Positions 41,869 through 51,931 of a stretch of DNA of 64,000 nucleotides are shown piece by piece (position 1 is the first letter of the stretch; each line of letters begins with the position of its first letter). A program made the position numbers and the translations under genes. Location: NCBI GenBank assembly GCA_964571225.1, contig CAZNBB010000002.1:7421-71420 (forward strand). Direction: 5' to 3'. The stretch comes from an uncultured Gammaproteobacteria bacterium (GTDB lineage Bacteria; Pseudomonadota; Gammaproteobacteria; DATFLG01). The notes below the pieces were generated by a model. That model had not been told where the DNA came from. It worked only from the letters and a program-made list of their open reading frames with translations, and did no database searches.

Positions 41869-43089
41869 ATGCTCGATCAGACACTGACGCTAATCTTGGC
41901 GGGCGGCCTGGGCTCGCGCCTGCACCCGTTGACGGCCGACCGGGCCAAGCCCGCGGTACCTTTCGGCGGTAAATACCGCATTATCGACTTCACCCTCGCC
42001 AACTGCCTGCACTCCGGGCTGCGGCGGGTGCTGGTGCTGACCCAGTACAAGTCGCATTCGCTGCAGAAGCACCTGCGGGACGGTTGGTCGATCTTCAACC
42101 CGGAGCTCGGCGAGTACATCACCACCGTACCCGCGCAGATGCGCACAGGAGAGCAATGGTACGCCGGAACGGCCGATGCGATTTTCCAGAACCTTTACCT
42201 GTTGGAGCGCAGCGGGGCGCGCTGGGCGCTGGTCCTGTCGGGGGATCACATCTACCGCATGGACTATGCCGCCATGCTGGACTTCCATCGCGAACACGAC
42301 GCCGAAGCCACCGTGGCATGCATGCCCGTACCGCTGTCCGAAGCCGGCGACTTCGGCATCATGCAGACCGACAGCAACGGCCGGATCACGGGTTTCGAGG
42401 AGAAGCCGACCACGCCCCAACCCCTGGCCGAGGCTCCGGGACACGCCATGGCGTCAATGGGCGTTTACCTGTTCTCGATGGAACTGCTGCTGGATACCCT
42501 GAACGCCGATCATGAGAAGGCCGATTCCAGCCACGACTTCGGCAACGACATTCTGCCCACCCTCATCAGGGAGCGGCGGGTCTACGGCTACCGGTTCGGC
42601 GAGCCCCGCGGGCGTGTCACGCCGGATCGCTACTGGCGCGACGTGGGAACGATAGACGCCTTCTACAAAGCCAACATGGATCTGCTGGACCCGGTGCCGC
42701 CGCTGGACCTGTACCAGCACGACTGGCCCATCAGAACCTATCAGGGTCAGACGCCTCCCGCCCGCACGGTGCCCGGAAGCTCAGGCAACGAGGGCATCTT
42801 CATCAACTCGATCGTTGCCGGCGGCGTTGTCATCGCCGGCGGCAGCGTCCAACACTCGGTACTGTTCTCCCAGGTGCAGATCGGGGACGAAGCGGTGGTG
42901 GAGGAATCGCTGCTGTTCGACGGGGTACAGGTGGGCGATGGCGCTCGCCTCAAACGCTGCATCATCGACAAGCATGTGTCCGTGCCCGCCGGCACCCACA
43001 TCGGCTACAACCCGGAAGCGGATCGCGCGCGCTTCACCGTGTCACCGGAAGGCATCGTCGTGGTGCCCAGGGGTTACCGCTTCCCATAG
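41869..43089 (+). CDS. glgC: Glucose-1-phosphate adenylyltransferase
   Basis: 406 aa. MLDQTLTLILAGGLGSRLHPLTADRAKPAVPFGGKYRIIDFTLANC: a typical GlgC. Confidence 0.92.
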   Translation: MLDQTLTLILAGGLGSRLHPLTADRAKPAVPFGGKYRIIDFTLANCLHSGLRRVLVLTQYKSHSLQKHLRDGWSIFNPELGEYITTVPAQMRTGEQWYAGTADAIFQNLYLLERSGARWALVLSGDHIYRMDYAAMLDFHREHDAEATVACMPVPLSEAGDFGIMQTDSNGRITGFEEKPTTPQPLAEAPGHAMASMGVYLFSMELLLDTLNADHEKADSSHDFGNDILPTLIRERRVYGYRFGEPRGRVTPDRYWRDVGTIDAFYKANMDLLDPVPPLDLYQHDWPIRTYQGQTPPARTVPGSSGNEGIFINSIVAGGVVIAGGSVQHSVLFSQVQIGDEAVVEESLLFDGVQVGDGARLKRCIIDKHVSVPAGTHIGYNPEADRARFTVSPEGIVVVPRGYRFP

Positions 43090-43116
43090 GGCCCGGAGGG
43101 TTCAGGCGAAATTCGG

Positions 43117-43147
43117 AAAAAAAGACGGGGTGCGTGATACGCACCCC
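43117..43147 (-). terminator. Rho-independent terminator oriented for the minus strand
   Basis: A perfect 8-bp stem (GGGGTGCG/CGCACCCC) with a 5-nt loop, followed on the minus strand by TCTTTTTTT. Lies between the convergent glgC and prfC. Confidence 0.7.
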
Positions 43148-43454
43148 GAAAACCCACGAGTTGGAGGAGAGACGATCAATGAAGCTCCCGATGTTGAGAA
43201 GCTTCGACAGTGTTAGAGCAGTATCCGTGCCAACTGCGTATTTGCCTCCATTCAACAAGTTAGCATTTGCCCCCGTGTCGGCATTCCGGCGGCGCGCACC
43301 ATCGTGACGCACCGCGCACCGGGGCAGTCCACAGCCGCCCGGCGGCGGCACTGAACGCCTCCCGGCCGCGTTCGGCACAATGTGGCCCGCCGCGTGCCGA
43401 GCAGCGCGGACCGGGACCGCCCTGGCGAAGACGGTGGCGCTGCAGTCTGCGGAA

Positions 43455-45035
<1,581 letters not shown>

Positions 45036-45104
45036 ACTCGTGCGGGGTGTTGCTGATGGAATGGACTTCAGTGGCGCATTATAGCGCGATTCGCCGCCCG
45101 GCGC

Positions 45105-45572
45105 CTATGCCAGTGCGCAGGCCAGAATGAGCGCGTCCTCCCGGCCGTCGTCCGACGGATAGTAGTTGCGGCGCACGCCCACCTCGTTGAAGCCCATGCT
45201 CTCGTACAGATGAACGGCGGCAGCGTTGGACGGACGCACCTCCAGCAGAACCATCTCCGCCTCGTGCCGGCGGGCCAGATCCATGAGGTGAGCCAGAATC
45301 CGACGCCCGATCCCCTTGCCCTGGGACTCGGGCCGCACACACAGATTGAGAATATGGGATTCGCCGGCGGCCACGCTCATCACGCCGTAGCCCTCGATGA
45401 CGGCCCCCCGCTCGTAGACCCAGCAGCAGTAACCCACCCGCAGGCAGTCCCTGAAGATGCCCAGGGTCCAGGGATACTCGTAGGCACGCCGCTCGATCTC
45501 CATGATCGCCATGAGGTCGCCCTCCACCATCGGGCGCATGCGTGCATCGGGATCTTTCAGTACAGCGCTCAT
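45105..45572 (-). CDS. rimI: Ribosomal-protein-alanine N-acetyltransferase (GNAT)
   Basis: ...ERRAYEYPWT...LLEVRPSNAAAVHLYESMGFNEV. The true start may be the internal ATG at about 45539. Confidence 0.8.
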   Translation of the reverse strand: MSAVLKDPDARMRPMVEGDLMAIMEIERRAYEYPWTLGIFRDCLRVGYCCWVYERGAVIEGYGVMSVAAGESHILNLCVRPESQGKGIGRRILAHLMDLARRHEAEMVLLEVRPSNAAAVHLYESMGFNEVGVRRNYYPSDDGREDALILACALA

Positions 45573-45578
45573 GGCCAG

Positions 45579-46322
45579 TCACCGTCGGCTTGTCGTGGCG
45601 ACGCCGTCGTTGCCCTGGGGTTCCGCCAGCAGCCGACGGGCCATCAGCAGGTCCTGCCAGGCCTTGCGCTTTTCCGCCGGCGAGCGCAGTAGATAGGCCG
45701 GATGGTAAGTCACCACCACCGGCGTACCGGCAGTCCCATAGCTGTGCACCCGGCCCCGCAGGCGACCCAGGGGCGCGTCGGTCTTAAGCAGGTTCTGGGC
45801 GGCCACACGCCCCACCGCCAGAATCAGCCGAGGCGCCACCAGCTCGACCTGACGTTGTAGATAGGGTTCGCAGCACACCACCTCTTCCGGGCGCGGGTCG
45901 CGGTTGTTGGGTGGGCGGCATTTGAGAATATTGGCGATGTACACGGCGTCGCGCCGCAGGCCAATGGCCTGAAGCATGGCATTGAGCAGTTGCCCGGCGC
46001 GTCCCACGAAGGGCTCGCCCTGGCGGTCCTCCTCCGCGCCCGGGGCTTCTCCCACCACCATCCAGTCCGCGCTCTCATTGCCGACGCCGAAGACGGTCTG
46101 GGCGCGACTCTGGTGCAACACGCAGCGCGTGCAGCCCTGCACCGACTCCTTCAGGGACGGCCAGTCGAGCCCGGCGCCGCCGGTCGACCGGGTTGCGCCC
46201 GACTCCGCCCCGGTGCGTGCAGCCACGTCCGCGGACGATCCGGCTTCGCCGAGCGGACGCCGGGCCCACCGCTGGATGCCCATGGCATCGAGGTACGCCT
46301 GCTGCTGCACTGTCGTCGGCAT
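45579..46322 (-). CDS. Uracil-DNA glycosylase, family 4
   Basis: 247 aa. ...CTRC.L...VFGVGN..A..M.VGEAPG..ED..G.PFVGRAGQLL... and HPAYLLR: the family-4 UDG motifs. A typical rimI neighbour. Confidence 0.82.
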   Translation of the reverse strand: MPTTVQQQAYLDAMGIQRWARRPLGEAGSSADVAARTGAESGATRSTGGAGLDWPSLKESVQGCTRCVLHQSRAQTVFGVGNESADWMVVGEAPGAEEDRQGEPFVGRAGQLLNAMLQAIGLRRDAVYIANILKCRPPNNRDPRPEEVVCCEPYLQRQVELVAPRLILAVGRVAAQNLLKTDAPLGRLRGRVHSYGTAGTPVVVTYHPAYLLRSPAEKRKAWQDLLMARRLLAEPQGNDGVATTSRR

Positions 46323-46341
46323 AACCGCTCCGCGCCCGAAT

Positions 46342-47892
46342 TCACACGTCCCCGAGCTGCGGGTGTTCCCTGTCCACCCGCTGCAGGATCTTGTTCAGAG
46401 CATTGATATAGGCCTTGGCCGACGCGATGACGATATCGGTGTCGGCGCCCTGGCCGTTGACGATGCGGCCGCCCTTTTCGAGCCGCACCGTAACCTCGCC
46501 CTGGGAATCCGTGCCCGAGGTGATGTTGTTCACGGAATATAACAGCAGGGTCGATCCGCTGTCGGCAATCGCCTCGATAGCCTTGAAGGTGGCATCCACC
46601 GGTCCGCTGCCGGGCGCGCTGGCACCCTTTTCCTCGCCGTCCACCCACAGGGTCATATCGGCCCGGGGCTGCTCGCCGGTCTCGGAGCACACCCGCATGG
46701 CCACCAGCTTGATGCGCTCGTTCTCCTGGGCGATGTCGAGTTCGGTGACCAGGGCCTGCAGGTCCTCGTCATAGATCTCGTGCTTCTTGTCGGCCAGGTC
46801 CTTGAAGCGTGTGAACGCCGCGTTGAGGTCCTCCTCGGCGGCAAAGGTCACGCCCAGTTCCGCCAGTCGGGTGCGGAACGCGTTGCGCCCTGAATGCTTG
46901 CCCAGCACCATGCGGTTGGTGGCCCAGCCCACGTCCTCGGCACGCATGATCTCGTAGGTCTCGCGACTCTTGAGCACCCCGTCCTGGTGGATCCCGGATT
47001 CATGGGCGAAGGCGTTGGCCCCCACGATGGCCTTGTTGGGCTGCACCGCAAAACCGGTGATGCCGGAGACCAGCCGGGAGCAGGGCACGATCTGTGTGGT
47101 GTCCAGGTCCACGTCGCAAGGCACGATGTCCCGGCGGGTGCGCACGGTCATGACGATCTCTTCCAGGGCCGCATTGCCGGCCCGTTCGCCCAGGCCGTTG
47201 ATGGTGCATTCCACCTGCCGCGCACCGTTCATGACCGCCGACAGGGAGTTGGCCACCGCCAGACCGAGATCGTTATGACAGTGCACGGAGAATACCGCCT
47301 TGTCGGCGTTTGGAATGCGCTCGCGCAGGGTACGGATGAGGCCGCCGAACTGCTCGGGGACGTTGTAGCCGACGGTATCGGGGATGTTCACGGTGCCGGC
47401 GCCGGCGTCGATCACCGCCTCGAGGATACGGCACAGAAAGTCGATCTCGGAACGCCCCGCATCCTCGGGCGAGAACTCCACGTCGTCCGTGAGCTGACGG
47501 GCCTGACGCACAGCCCGCACCGCCTGCTCCAGAACCTGGTCGGGCTCCATGCGCAGCTTCATCTTCATGTGGATGGGCGAGGTGGCGATGAAGGTATGGA
47601 TGCGTGCGCGCTCGGCGTCCCGCAACGCCTCGCCGGCCCGGGCGATGTCCTTGTCCAGGGCCCGCGCCAGACCGCAGACCGTGCTGTCCTTGACCACGCG
47701 GGCCACCGCCTGGACGGCTTCGAAGTCACCGACGCTGGCAATGGGGAAACCCGCCTCGATCACGTCCACGCGCATGCGCTCAAGCGCCTTGGCGATGCGG
47801 ATCTTCTCATCCTTGGTCATGGACGCACCGGGACTCTGCTCGCCGTCCCGCAACGTCGTGTCAAAGATAATCAGTTTGTCTTTTTCGCTCAT
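46342..47892 (-). CDS. leuA: 2-isopropylmalate synthase
   Basis: 516 aa. ...[19 protein letters not shown]...[13 protein letters not shown]... Confidence 0.93.
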   Translation of the reverse strand: MSEKDKLIIFDTTLRDGEQSPGASMTKDEKIRIAKALERMRVDVIEAGFPIASVGDFEAVQAVARVVKDSTVCGLARALDKDIARAGEALRDAERARIHTFIATSPIHMKMKLRMEPDQVLEQAVRAVRQARQLTDDVEFSPEDAGRSEIDFLCRILEAVIDAGAGTVNIPDTVGYNVPEQFGGLIRTLRERIPNADKAVFSVHCHNDLGLAVANSLSAVMNGARQVECTINGLGERAGNAALEEIVMTVRTRRDIVPCDVDLDTTQIVPCSRLVSGITGFAVQPNKAIVGANAFAHESGIHQDGVLKSRETYEIMRAEDVGWATNRMVLGKHSGRNAFRTRLAELGVTFAAEEDLNAAFTRFKDLADKKHEIYDEDLQALVTELDIAQENERIKLVAMRVCSETGEQPRADMTLWVDGEEKGASAPGSGPVDATFKAIEAIADSGSTLLLYSVNNITSGTDSQGEVTVRLEKGGRIVNGQGADTDIVIASAKAYINALNKILQRVDREHPQLGDV

Positions 47893-48100
47893 GCCCTCGC
47901 TCCGCTCGGCCGTGGTCCGGCACCCCCGACGGGCGCACCGTCACACCGGGCATCAGGATATCAAAGCAACCCGCTTTGTGCTCGCCGACCCGGGTCCGGC
48001 GACGGTGCCGACCCCACGGCTTCCCAAGGGGAGCTATTTCCGCGCCGCAGGGGGAACCCGGGGGACCCCGGGGCGCCGCCCCCCGCCAGCGCCCCCAACA

Positions 48101-48127
48101 ACGCAAAAAGGCGCCCGCAGGCGCCTT
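48101..48127 (-). terminator. Rho-independent terminator oriented for the minus strand, downstream of the 48154..49362 gene
   Basis: An 8-bp stem (AAGGCGCC/GGCGCCTT) with a CGCA loop, followed on the minus strand by TTTTTGCGTTGTT. Confidence 0.65.
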
Positions 48128-48153
48128 CGCGAATCGCAACGGGAGCGCAGCGG

Positions 48154-49362
48154 CTACTGAATTCCGCCGGGTGCCGCACCCTTGCCGGCAAGAAACACAT
48201 CCGTCTGGCGCACATTGTCCCCGTTCATCACGGTGTGGATATCCACGGTTCCCCCAAGAGCGCCCGCGTTCTTGCCGAAGAAGGCGCCCTGCACCTTGCC
48301 GGTCAGGCCGTCGCTCAGCTTGTTCGACACCACATTCGCTCCGGAAATGGTACCGGACGCGGTGAATGCCACCTGCCCCACCAGATAGTCGCCGTTGCTG
48401 AGGTGCTCGATATGGGCGCCGGAGGTATCCAGGGCGCCTGTGGAGTGGCCCCAGGAGCCGTTCCAGGTACCGTGGCCGAAATCCACCGTGATCGCCACCG
48501 GGGTGCCGTTTGCCAGCATGCTGCCTCCGTAGCTGGCCTGCACATCGCCGGCCTGCAGCTTGTCCAAGTCGAGTTGGGAGGTCGTGATGCCGGTCACGAA
48601 CTGGCCGGACCCGCCGGTGTGGTCGGGGGTGCGGTTGTAGATGATGTTGTCCACGGTCGCAAGCACGGAATAGGCGACATAACGAAGTGTGCCGTCGGAC
48701 CAGGTCCCGGCCACCACATCGGGGTTCGCCGCATAGGGCAGTACACCGCTGACCTCGGATTTGTGGTCGAATCGTTCCGCCGGCGTCGCGGGCCCCAGCG
48801 CCCGATGAAAAGTGGTCTGGGTGGCACTGCCCACCATGGCATTCGCGGCCGTCTGGCCGACCGACAGGTTCTGCACCGACACCTGGGGGTACGCGCTGTC
48901 GCCGGGGTTGGTCGGGGTCACGACATAGGAGGCGCTCTGCCCTTCGGCGCCGTTGGTGGCGGCCGCCACCAAGGCCGCCACGGTGGTCTCGAAGCTGGCC
49001 GGCACCGGCCCGCCGTGATAGCCCTGCGCCCCGGTCTCGGTCTCGCTGTTTGCGGCCACATAGCCCGCGTCGCGCGCGTAAGTGGCAAAGCCGCAAGCCG
49101 CTCCGGCGACGCAGGGGCCCTGCACCGTGATGGTCGGCTTCTGGACCTGGGGCGTGTTCTCGCTGTTGCGCGGCGTGTTCTGTGTGGAAAGGTTCAGCAG
49201 CGCCACCGGGTGACCGCCTGCGGCGGGAGCCAGCACCGCCCAAGGCCCCCAGGAGTAGACGGAATCGTCATCGTGGGCCTTGTGCGTGGTGTTGGCGGCC
49301 ACCGGGCCGGCAGCCAGAGCAAAGGCGATGCCGGCTGCCAGCACGCTCCTGGAACGGGTCAT
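48154..49362 (-). CDS. Secreted protein with a TbpB/HpuA-type (lipoprotein-5-like) C-terminal beta-barrel; putative Slam-dependent cargo, hemophore-like
   Basis: Signal peptide MTRSRSVLAAGIAFALAAGPVAA with no lipobox Cys. The C-terminus matches the TbpB-fold signature block by block: ASYGGS, AITVDFGHGTWNG, YLVGQVAFTASGTISGANVV, GKVQGAFFGKNAGALGGTV, DVFLAGKG. SD GGAGGAG before the ATG at 49362. Confidence 0.65.
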   Translation of the reverse strand: MTRSRSVLAAGIAFALAAGPVAANTTHKAHDDDSVYSWGPWAVLAPAAGGHPVALLNLSTQNTPRNSENTPQVQKPTITVQGPCVAGAACGFATYARDAGYVAANSETETGAQGYHGGPVPASFETTVAALVAAATNGAEGQSASYVVTPTNPGDSAYPQVSVQNLSVGQTAANAMVGSATQTTFHRALGPATPAERFDHKSEVSGVLPYAANPDVVAGTWSDGTLRYVAYSVLATVDNIIYNRTPDHTGGSGQFVTGITTSQLDLDKLQAGDVQASYGGSMLANGTPVAITVDFGHGTWNGSWGHSTGALDTSGAHIEHLSNGDYLVGQVAFTASGTISGANVVSNKLSDGLTGKVQGAFFGKNAGALGGTVDIHTVMNGDNVRQTDVFLAGKGAAPGGIQ

Positions 49363-49651
49363 GTTTGTCTCCTCCGAGGGATCGCCGGCCACCTACGCCG
49401 GCAGGCTTTCGACTGCTTAAGCAATCGCTGTGCCACAGCTTTTATGGGTAATAAATACAGCCAGTTAGCTATATAAACAAACGCACCGCCTTCGGCATTG
49501 TAAATTAATTCGACTCGCCTGCCGGAGCAGGAATGGAGCAACAGACTGAAAAGTCCGGAAAATACTTAGCTTGCTCGTGATCGCATGCAATGTTGCGCCG
49601 GATATCGATGTAAATAATTCCGACGAGCGCCGTCCCATCCCTTTGCTTGGA

Positions 49652-50980
49652 TTAGAAATTCCGTGACAGGCTCAGGCTTACCTGGTGCCGTCGGTAGCGA
49701 TACACCGCATCATTGGAGCGATTGTCCGTGTAACGGAAGACACCGTTGATGGACCACTTCTCCAGTCGCCCGGTGGTGAATCGATGCTTGAATCCGATGG
49801 TCGCCTCGCGTTCCTGCTCGTCGCGCACCACACCCAGGGTGTCGACGCCGTCGTATTTGAGATCGTTGTAGTACAGACGGCCATAGATCGTACCGCCGCT
49901 CCAGGCATGCACGAACGCGGCCAGGTAACCGCCCGGACCGGTGTAGCCGAACTGATTGTCGTCGGCCGAGAAGTCGTACCAGTCCACGCCGCCCTGGATC
50001 GCCACCTTACGCTCGTTGAAATAATGGGCGTAGGAGACGCCCGCGCGTCGATACAGCCCGTCGCGCCCGCCGTTGCCCCCCTGAATGGTGGGTCTGTCGT
50101 CCCGGTAGCTGCGCTTGGACAGGGTACCGTCCAAGGACACCTCCGCATCCTTGAACTGCCAGGTGACGCGCGGATTGAGGGAGCTGAACAACGCCAGGCC
50201 ATGCCCCCCGAGCCATACATAGTCGAGTTGAACCGGCAGCGCGGCACGCCAGTGACGCAGCACCACCCACGCCGGCCCGGTACTGGCGCTCAGTACGCTG
50301 AGATCGAAGGCGTGTTGCTGGAAGTAGGAACGCTGATAGGCGTCCAGTTCACTCTGCCAGAGGAACTGTCCCACCTGCTGCCCGGCGCGAAAGCGCTTGC
50401 CGGGTTGATAGCGATGCACAACGCCGGCGGAGAGCACCACTGCGGTGTCGCTCTTGGGCAGCGAACTGGGCAGCACCGTCAGAAGCTGGCCCTGATAGGG
50501 CACAATGTCGCTGATGGGACCGATGTTCACATTGGAGTCGTACATGGTGCCGACCGAAACGAACGGCGTGAACCGGCTGGGTACGTCCAGCTTCTTCTGG
50601 TCCTCGTTGACCTGGGCCAGGAACGCCAGAATGCTCACCCGCACATTGGGCGGCACATGGGGATCCTTGAGCACCCTTTCGGCCGCCTTGCGTGCCTTGT
50701 CGTAATCGAGTGCACGGTAATAGGCGACGGCCAGTTCCAGACGTGCCCGATGCAGGTCGGGGGCATTGCTCAGGATCTGCTGGAACGCCTCGATGGCGGA
50801 AAACAGCTGGTCGCTGCGCAATGCCTTCATGCCTTTCTCGAACAGGATCTGATTGGGATCCTGGCTGGCGTCTGTCGGCTCGGCGGCTGCCGCCTGCCAG
50901 GATGCCAGCCCGATCAGCAAGGCCACGAACGCAGGGATCACGCGGCTGCGCACAGCCAGAATTTTTCTTATTGGTGACAT
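49652..50980 (-). CDS. Outer-membrane protein with an N-terminal TPR region plus a C-terminal beta-barrel: Slam-like (surface lipoprotein assembly modulator, DUF560-type architecture)
   Basis: 442 aa from the ATG at 50980: signal peptide MSPIRKILAVRSRVIPAFVALLIGLASWQAAAA, a TPR-like helical region (AYYRALDYDKARKAAERVL), then about 300 aa of alternating beta-strand pattern ending ...VSLSLSRNF with a terminal Phe. The 748-aa track ORF is an artefactual fusion with the antisense of the BTLCP gene. Confidence 0.6.
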   Translation of the reverse strand: MSPIRKILAVRSRVIPAFVALLIGLASWQAAAAEPTDASQDPNQILFEKGMKALRSDQLFSAIEAFQQILSNAPDLHRARLELAVAYYRALDYDKARKAAERVLKDPHVPPNVRVSILAFLAQVNEDQKKLDVPSRFTPFVSVGTMYDSNVNIGPISDIVPYQGQLLTVLPSSLPKSDTAVVLSAGVVHRYQPGKRFRAGQQVGQFLWQSELDAYQRSYFQQHAFDLSVLSASTGPAWVVLRHWRAALPVQLDYVWLGGHGLALFSSLNPRVTWQFKDAEVSLDGTLSKRSYRDDRPTIQGGNGGRDGLYRRAGVSYAHYFNERKVAIQGGVDWYDFSADDNQFGYTGPGGYLAAFVHAWSGGTIYGRLYYNDLKYDGVDTLGVVRDEQEREATIGFKHRFTTGRLEKWSINGVFRYTDNRSNDAVYRYRRHQVSLSLSRNF

Positions 50981-51205
50981 TTGTGCTATCCGTCCCGGCG
51001 TCAGCGCGCCGATTTTTCTTTGTCTTGAGCCTTCTCGGGGCCACGTGGCGTACATGATAGAGGTTGCCGGCATTCTCCACAATCGGCCTGTGCCGAACCG
51101 GACCCACGGTTGGCGGTCTATCTGCGAGCTGATAGACTCCGGCCAAAACCGGCCGCAGGACATGACATTACGATGCCTGCGGTGGAGAACGAACCCAGAG
51201 GCTCG

Positions 51206-51859
51206 ATGACACGTCGACTCCTTCTGCTGCTGTCGCTGTTGATCGGTTGTCTGGTCCCCCTGACCGGTACCGCCCGCGCTTCCGCCCAACCCGACACCCT
51301 GTTCGGCTACCGGGGAACCGAAGAAACCGGCGTACGGGTCTTCCATCAATGGGTCAGGGTTCTGGAACGTCATATCCGCGATGACGTGCCGGAAGGCGAC
51401 TGCAGCGAACGACGCCTCAACACCTGTCATTTGCGGCACTGGTACGCTTTTCTGCGCTCGATCCGCAAGCTTCCCAAACTGGAACAGATCCGGCGGGTCA
51501 ACACCTTCGCGAACAACGTCAGGTATGTGCTGGACATCGACAACTACGGCGTTCCGGACTACTGGGCGGACGCCAAGGAATTTCTCTACAATGGCGGCGA
51601 CTGCGAGGACTACGCCATCACCAAGCTGTTCTCCCTGCGATGGCTGGGTTTTCCTCCCAGTTCGGTGCGTCTGGTGGTGCTTCAGGACACCAATCTGCGC
51701 GTAGCCCATGCGGTGCTCGCCGTCTATCTGCATGGCAAGACGTACATCCTGGACAACCAGACGCAGCAGGTCGTGACGGACACGCAGATCGTGCATTACG
51801 TACCGGTGTATGCGATCAACGAGAACCACTGGTGGCTGTATACGCCGCCACCCTCCTGA
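51206..51859 (+). CDS. Periplasmic transglutaminase-like cysteine proteinase (BTLCP, LapG-like)
   Basis: Signal peptide MTRRLLLLLSLLIGCLVPLTGTARA and a catalytic triad context GGDCEDYAITK (Cys), AHAVLAVY (His), ILDNQ (Asp), matching PF06035-type proteins. Confidence 0.75.
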   Translation: MTRRLLLLLSLLIGCLVPLTGTARASAQPDTLFGYRGTEETGVRVFHQWVRVLERHIRDDVPEGDCSERRLNTCHLRHWYAFLRSIRKLPKLEQIRRVNTFANNVRYVLDIDNYGVPDYWADAKEFLYNGGDCEDYAITKLFSLRWLGFPPSSVRLVVLQDTNLRVAHAVLAVYLHGKTYILDNQTQQVVTDTQIVHYVPVYAINENHWWLYTPPPS

Positions 51860-51931
51860 CGAGGTCCGCTCTATGCCCGATATCAACGCCTTCGCCATGT
51901 CCGCTGCAGGTTCCCGCAGCCGGCATCATTC

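Noticed and set aside
47893-48100. Looked for a leuL-type Leu-rich leader peptide or attenuator upstream of leuA.
   Set aside because: No short ORF with consecutive Leu codons was found. The region is extremely GC-rich and the only clean hairpin (48101-48127) is positioned as the terminator of the upstream gene.
49363-49651. Canonical Fur box (GATAATGATAATCATTATC) in the AT-rich spacer.
   Set aside because: Only partial AATAAT half-site-like matches were seen by eye. This is not convincing without a PWM scan, so it is reported as an AT-rich regulatory spacer only.
49652-51898. 748-aa ORF suggesting one giant minus-strand protein.
   Set aside because: Its N-terminal 300 aa are the antisense of the BTLCP gene (51206..51859 +) and lack any features. 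The real gene starts at the internal ATG at 50980 with a bona fide signal peptide.
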